Source: an uncultured archaeon (GTDB lineage: Archaea; Iainarchaeota; Iainarchaeia; Iainarchaeales; 1-14-0-10-31-34). From it: 11,749 nucleotides of DNA. How positions within the stretch are numbered: the stretch's first letter is position 1; the number at the start of each line of letters is the position of its first letter. A program made the translations under genes and the position numbers. The stretch is taken from positions 1 through 11,749 of the forward strand of contig CAZSOZ010000012.1 in the NCBI GenBank assembly GCA_964608675.1, read 5' to 3'. The notes under the pieces are model-generated. The model worked only from the letters and a program-made list of their open reading frames with translations. It searched no databases and had not been told where the DNA came from. Below, in pieces: positions 7,643-11,749 of this stretch.

Positions 7643-7993
7643 TCAAAAATTAATGATTACTTCAGCTTCATCAATAAAGCCCCTGATCTCCTGCAAGGTT
7701 GCCTGCTTTACTTCAATTAAACTGTCTTTTTTAAGGTTCCTCTCAGATATGGAGTCAGCATCGGCAAATATTTTTAATCCAAACTCTTCAGCATTGCTAA
7801 ACCCTTCCTTCAAACTGGTCATTTCAAAAATTTCCGGGCGCTGGTTTTTTAAAAGACAGAATACGCCGTCGCCTGAAAAAACAAGCTTTGTCTCCAAGTC
7901 CATGCCTGCAAAAGCAATGCCTGCCCTCAATGCTTCTGCCGCAAAAACGCTTCCAAAAGAAGCCTTGTTAACTATTATTAACACTTTTTTCAT
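7643..7993 (-). CDS. dsrF: DsrF/TusC-like subunit (DsrE/F family)
   Basis: KKVLIIVNKASFGS...EALR...VFSGDGVFCLLKNQ...DSISERNL...VIINF; lies between the dsrE-like and dsrH-like genes and lacks the DsrE active-site Cys. Confidence 0.82.
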   Translation of the reverse strand: MKKVLIIVNKASFGSVFAAEALRAGIAFAGMDLETKLVFSGDGVFCLLKNQRPEIFEMTSLKEGFSNAEEFGLKIFADADSISERNLKKDSLIEVKQATLQEIRGFIDEAEVIINF

Positions 7994-8003
7994 TTTGACA
8001 CCC

Positions 8004-8348
8004 TTATATGCTCACAAATTTGTCGCATTCCTTTATTAAGTCTGCAAGCCCCGGAAGACCTTCAAGCTCTCCTTTTTCTATAAGCTGGTTTCTTTTAATT
8101 CCCCTGTATTGGACGCAGACTCCGCAAATTTTTACTTCAACACCTAATCTTGTCAATTCATCAAGCTTTCCTGCAAGGTTTCTTTCGCTTCCAGAGTTTA
8201 TTTCTTTGTTTGCTGCAATAACACTGTCAACATAAAGAAAAATCTTTACCTCATGCTTTTTTTTCAATGCTGTTTTTGCCAAATAATATGCTGTGTCTAC
8301 ATCCTGATAAGTGTATGGCGGTCTTATAAGCATCAATCCAAGTTTCAT
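8004..8348 (-). CDS. dsrE: DsrE/TusD-family sulfurtransferase subunit with a CxxC motif
   Basis: RPPY, IFLYVDSV and VKICGVCVQYRGI; GAGGTGA ribosome-binding site; ATGA overlap with the yeeE stop. Confidence 0.88.
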   Translation of the reverse strand: MKLGLMLIRPPYTYQDVDTAYYLAKTALKKKHEVKIFLYVDSVIAANKEINSGSERNLAGKLDELTRLGVEVKICGVCVQYRGIKRNQLIEKGELEGLPGLADLIKECDKFVSI

Positions 8349-9355
8349 TGTTTTTCACCTCTCATAAACATAAAATATGCTGTTGTCCATGCTCCAAGCA
8401 CAATAAATGTTCCTGCTGTGATACTGCTTACAGCTAACTGCGGAACCCCGCTTAAGATATGACCTATGTTACAGCCGTCGGCAATCACTGCGCCTAATCC
8501 AAGAAGAGTTCCTCCAAAAAGCGATTGCACGCCCATTTTTATTGGCGGCAATCTTATCTTGAACTCATTAGCTATTAATGCTGCAATAAACGCTCCCATT
8601 ATCAAGCCAATAACTTCAAAAGATTCCCATGTCAAAAAGTTTTTTCCGGCAAAAATTGATTTCACTATAGTTTCAAATCCCATTGTTATGCCTAAAGGAT
8701 AATTTCTGCCTGCAAAAGCAGAAGCAATAAAAGCAGTTATTCCTATTAACCCAATAATTATTCCTGCGCTTTTCCATGTCCATCCTGTTTTGAACCATTT
8801 TTCAAAAAAAGGCTTATTGTTTTCAATAGTTTCCTCTTTTTTTCTGAATAGAAAGTAAAATCCAATTGCTGAAAGCATAACAACAAAAATCCAGTCCGGA
8901 ACCCCTGTCAAGGATGCTAAAGTTATTTTTCCCAAATCAAATTGGTGAACAGATTCTGTAATATTTGACAAGAAACTGTCTTTAAAGAAGAAAGCAGTTA
9001 ATGCAAATGAGAATAAAGCCAGCATAGAGCTTACCATTCCTTCACCTACACGGTAGGCTGTACCGCTGGCGCAGCCTCCTGCAATTACCATTCCACTTCC
9101 AAATACAAATCCTCCAATAATGGCGCCAAGCAAGTAGACTGTTTTTGGAGCAAGGGCAATAATTCCTAGATATGAAAGGAAATGAAATCCAATCATTTGG
9201 ATAATCAATGCTAATGTTACTGCCTTCAAGAGAGTAAAATCTTTGAATACCAATGGGTCGCGGAATGCTGAATTCATGCAGAACCGCCCTCTCTGCAAAG
9301 CAAAACCAAAAATCAATCCAACAAGCAACCCACTGATAACGCCTCCTATTTCCAT
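8345..9355 (-). CDS. yeeE: YeeE/YedE-family sulfur-compound (thiosulfate-type) transporter
   Basis: Multi-TM protein with the three characteristic cysteines: QRGRFCMNSAFRD, GMVIAGGCASGT and IADGCNIGH. Confidence 0.93.
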   Translation of the reverse strand: MEIGGVISGLLVGLIFGFALQRGRFCMNSAFRDPLVFKDFTLLKAVTLALIIQMIGFHFLSYLGIIALAPKTVYLLGAIIGGFVFGSGMVIAGGCASGTAYRVGEGMVSSMLALFSFALTAFFFKDSFLSNITESVHQFDLGKITLASLTGVPDWIFVVMLSAIGFYFLFRKKEETIENNKPFFEKWFKTGWTWKSAGIIIGLIGITAFIASAFAGRNYPLGITMGFETIVKSIFAGKNFLTWESFEVIGLIMGAFIAALIANEFKIRLPPIKMGVQSLFGGTLLGLGAVIADGCNIGHILSGVPQLAVSSITAGTFIVLGAWTTAYFMFMRGEKQ

Positions 9356-9359
9356 TATT

Positions 9360-9596
9360 TCACTTCACTCTAATTAAAATTCTATGGTCTACTCCCTCTA
9401 TTTTTTCAACGGCAATGACTTTATGTCCTTCTTTTTCTGTGTTTCTGGGGATTCTTTCAAGCGATAAAGGGTAATCAGTAAGCACTTCAAGAATTTCGCC
9501 AGATTTCATTTCCTTTAATTTTTTTCTTGTTTTAATATCAGGATAAGGACAAATTTCGCCTCGCACATCAATTGTAGCATTTGGTTTTTCAGTCAT
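9360..9596 (-). CDS. tusA: TusA/YeeD/SirA-family sulfur carrier
   Basis: 78 aa, [11 protein letters not shown]...[18 protein letters not shown] (CPxP motif); GAGGTGA ribosome-binding site. Confidence 0.93.
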   Translation of the reverse strand: MTEKPNATIDVRGEICPYPDIKTRKKLKEMKSGEILEVLTDYPLSLERIPRNTEKEGHKVIAVEKIEGVDHRILIRVK

Positions 9597-9607
9597 TTTG
9601 TTTCACC

Positions 9608-10048
9608 TCAGTTTAACTTGTCTCCTGGGTTTGTGCATTGGTTTTCAATGCAGTGTTTGATTTTGTCTTCTATTTCTTTTGCCAGATAGTCTGCGTAGCC
9701 GATCCAGTATTTGTCTCCGATGAAGGTTGTTGGGACTCCTTGTGCTGTTGTGCCGTAAGCTTTTGCGATTTCGTTGAATAGTTTTGCGTTTTCTGGGTTT
9801 TTCCATGTTTCAAACATTTTTATTTCTATTTCTGGATACTTTTTCTGCATTTCTTCAAGGAAAGGTTTTTCGGTAGCACAGTGCGGGCAGCCGTCACCCC
9901 AAAAAAAATAAACTGTTACTTTGCCAGGGGCATCATTGTCAGCCATGACAGCATTGCTTGTTGGCGTTGTTTGCGTATTTGAAGTGCATCCTGTTAATGC
10001 TATTGCTCCCAATATTACTAACCCTAAATACAATTGTGTATATTTCAT
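9608..10048 (-). CDS. Thioredoxin/glutaredoxin-fold lipoprotein (CPHC)
   Basis: Signal peptide ending in the lipobox LTGC (Cys21), a Thr/Ser-rich linker, VYFFWGDGCPHC, the cis-Pro motif GVPTTFIG and a C-terminal CxxxxC. Confidence 0.87.
   Translation of the reverse strand: MKYTQLYLGLVILGAIALTGCTSNTQTTPTSNAVMADNDAPGKVTVYFFWGDGCPHCATEKPFLEEMQKKYPEIEIKMFETWKNPENAKLFNEIAKAYGTTAQGVPTTFIGDKYWIGYADYLAKEIEDKIKHCIENQCTNPGDKLN
9625..9679 (+). repeat. Direct repeat copy 1 (55 nt, identical to 11695-11749)
   Basis: ctgggtttgtgcattggttttcaatgcagtgtttgattttgtcttctatttcttt occurs at both places, offset 2070 nt. Confidence 0.95.
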
Positions 10049-10440
10049 TTTATTTTCGCCTCGTATGTTTTTTTAGCTTCTGTTGAATCCAATAATTTAT
10101 CCACTTCTTTTTTATCTTTTATTTTGACTTTCATTATCCAGCTTCTGTAAGGGTCTTTATTGATTTTTGAAGGCTCGTCAAATAAAGAATCATTCACTTC
10201 TATGATTTCTCCTGAAACAGGGCTTGAAAGATGTCCTGACCATTTCACGGCCTCTAATGAAACATAGTTCTCTCCTTGCTTGATTTTTTTTCCTTTTTCC
10301 GGCAACTTAATAAATACAAATTCCTTGACTTTTTTTGCAGCAGGCTCTGTGATGCCGATGGTTGCAGTGTCTCCATCAATTTTTATCCAAGAATAATCAT
10401 TGTTGTATTTTAAATCAGCGGGTAATTTGTATTCAGTCAT
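10045..10440 (-). CDS. Glycine-cleavage-H-like lipoyl carrier protein (GcvH/LbpA-like)
   Basis: LPADLKY...SWIKIDGDTATIGIT...FIKLP...SLEAVKWSGHLSSPVSGEIIEVN...INKDPY..W, with the lipoyl-Lys in EAVK; GGAGG ribosome-binding site. Confidence 0.92.
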   Translation of the reverse strand: MTEYKLPADLKYNNDYSWIKIDGDTATIGITEPAAKKVKEFVFIKLPEKGKKIKQGENYVSLEAVKWSGHLSSPVSGEIIEVNDSLFDEPSKINKDPYRSWIMKVKIKDKKEVDKLLDSTEAKKTYEAKIK

Positions 10441-11749
10441 TTTTTTCCTCCTTGTTTTTTTTCTGAGTTATTTTTGTGACAACAATTATGGTTCCTGCAA
10501 TAATTATTGCTGTTGCCATTAACCCAAATGAAATAAATATGTTGTTGAGCAATGCAGGGTCTATTAAAAGTATTGAACCAAGGCAAAGCATCATTGTTCC
10601 TGATATCAATTTTAAAACTTTTCCTTGCCATTCAGAGAGCTTTTTGGCGCCCAAAGTAATCACAAACATTAGCACAATTATAATCAAAGGAATTACATAC
10701 ACTAAATTATATAATGCCAGATAAAGATAGTATTCTGTTGCCGGTATGTTGTTAAGGGTTAAAATTCTTGTAAAAACCATTGGAAACCCTGCAGTGCACA
10801 AAAGTTCATAGCTGTTGGCTGCAATAGCTAATACAATAGTTCCAATCATCATTGAAGTAAGAGATGTTGCTTTAAGCAAATTTCTCATTCTTTGGAACAA
10901 TTTCGGTTTTGCGCTTTCAGGGATTACTAATGAAATTCCTTTTTCAAAGAAAAAGAAATCTTTGACATTAATTAATCCTACAACTAATGCGATTACTCCT
11001 GCAATTGTTGTGACCAGCATGATTTCGCCTATTAAAAGGAAAAGATTCAACCATGCAGCCATGAACAAAAAGTACATTAAAGCAGAAACAAACACAAAAG
11101 TAAACCCAATTAAAAGCATTCTTTTTCTGCTTTTGGCATATATCAGCATGCTTAAAAGAAAAAAAAGAATAAAAAAAGCGCAGGGGTTAAAGCTATCAAG
11201 CCCTGCAATTATTATTGTAAATAACGGCAAAGGCATGTTTTCAGTGTCAATCTTGCCAAGCACAGGCAATTCAACAACAGTGCTTTCTTCAGGAGTAATG
11301 TCTTTTGGTTGAGGTGGGTAGGGAGTAAGGCCATTGATTTTACTTGCTGGGCAAACACAAGTTGTGTCCTTGCACTTGGTTATTTCTGAATCAAGATTCT
11401 CTAAAATCGCAGTTTCTCCAGCCAAAAATTTATTGCCTATAAAAACTATTGGAAATCCGGCGTCAGAAAGCGAATAGGTTTCCTTAAACTGTGAGTATGA
11501 TTTTTTTTCATTCTCATCAGAAACATCATGTATTTTTAATTCAATGTCGTGCTTGGCATTTAAAGATTCTATATAAGGGAGAACTGAACTGCACTGAGGG
11601 CAGTCTCCGATGATAAAAACATGAATGCAGGGAACTTCATTTGTAGGGATTGCAGGCGGATTATTTGTTGCGTTGTCTTTTGTCAGCATATCTTCTGGGT
11701 TTGTGCATTGGTTTTCAATGCAGTGTTTGATTTTGTCTTCTATTTCTTT
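10433..11749 (-). CDS. Membrane redox protein with N-terminal thioredoxin/glutaredoxin domain(s) and a CcdA/DsbD-like transmembrane domain; 5' end outside the window
   Basis: CPQC...GFPIVFIG domain followed by roughly 7-8 TM helices containing DSFNPCAFF and YELLCTAGFP. The frame stays open upstream of ATG 11689 to the edge (KEIEDKIKHCIENQCTNPED), so 11689 is probably not the true start. Confidence 0.85.
   Translation of the reverse strand, partial: KEIEDKIKHCIENQCTNPEDMLTKDNATNNPPAIPTNEVPCIHVFIIGDCPQCSSVLPYIESLNAKHDIELKIHDVSDENEKKSYSQFKETYSLSDAGFPIVFIGNKFLAGETAILENLDSEITKCKDTTCVCPASKINGLTPYPPQPKDITPEESTVVELPVLGKIDTENMPLPLFTIIIAGLDSFNPCAFFILFFLLSMLIYAKSRKRMLLIGFTFVFVSALMYFLFMAAWLNLFLLIGEIMLVTTIAGVIALVVGLINVKDFFFFEKGISLVIPESAKPKLFQRMRNLLKATSLTSMMIGTIVLAIAANSYELLCTAGFPMVFTRILTLNNIPATEYYLYLALYNLVYVIPLIIIVLMFVITLGAKKLSEWQGKVLKLISGTMMLCLGSILLIDPALLNNIFISFGLMATAIIIAGTIIVVTKITQKKNKEEKND
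11695..11749 (+). repeat. Direct repeat copy 2 (runs off the window edge)
   Basis: Exact match to 9625-9679; 58 of 59 nt match when extended to 11691/9621. Confidence 0.95.

Noticed and set aside
4436-10440. Possible selenocysteine or TGA readthrough in the redox and sulfur genes
   Set aside because: The TGA stops fall at expected C-termini, often as ATGA overlaps, and all catalytic motifs use Cys codons.
5486-10440. Calling the operon a standard sHdr, reverse-Dsr, TusBCDE tRNA-thiolation or glycine cleavage locus
   Set aside because: The defining partners (sHdr subunits, LipS1/S2, DsrAB/DsrC, TusE/MnmA, GcvP/T) are not in the window, though they cannot be excluded elsewhere in the genome.
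345-11312. Many short ORFs in the supplied track (for example 345-533, 1095-1280, 1675-1926, 2200-2400, 3694-4077, 7653-8039, 10437-10631, 10815-11312)
   Set aside because: They are antisense or alternative-frame shadows of well-supported genes and show no recognisable motifs.
1-11749. CRISPR array, tRNA/rRNA, transposase or integrase
   Set aside because: No regularly spaced repeats or recognisable motifs were seen, and the intergenic gaps are all under 200 nt.

Overview
Gene-dense, AT-rich window with archaeal-style signals: GAGGTGA/GGAGG ribosome-binding sites and TTTAAA boxes about 25 nt before start codons. A small-genome archaeon such as a DPANN lineage is plausible, but that is inference. 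There are three blocks. (1) 1-2905 is a divergent pair: a fused AdoMet-decarboxylase-like/spermidine synthase gene followed by a YkgJ-like Cys-cluster gene (minus strand, missed by the ORF track), opposite a KamA-family radical SAM aminomutase whose lysine-binding aspartates appear to be replaced. (2) 3092-4780 is an arsR-arsP-small thioredoxin cassette with a perfect palindromic operator over a TATA box. (3) 4861 to beyond 11749 is a tightly coupled minus-strand operon of at least 12 genes: a thioredoxin/CcdA-DsbD-like membrane protein, a stand-alone lipoyl carrier (GcvH/LbpA-like), a thioredoxin lipoprotein, TusA, YeeE, DsrE/F/H, LipA, a split lipoate ligase (LplA+LplB) and a membrane-anchored unknown protein. 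Block 3 is the best candidate for an undescribed system: a lipoate-linked sulfur-trafficking and transmembrane redox module with no sHdr, Dsr or glycine-cleavage enzymes in the window. The last 55 nt of the window exactly duplicate 9625-9679. All family assignments come from motif recognition only; no searches were run.
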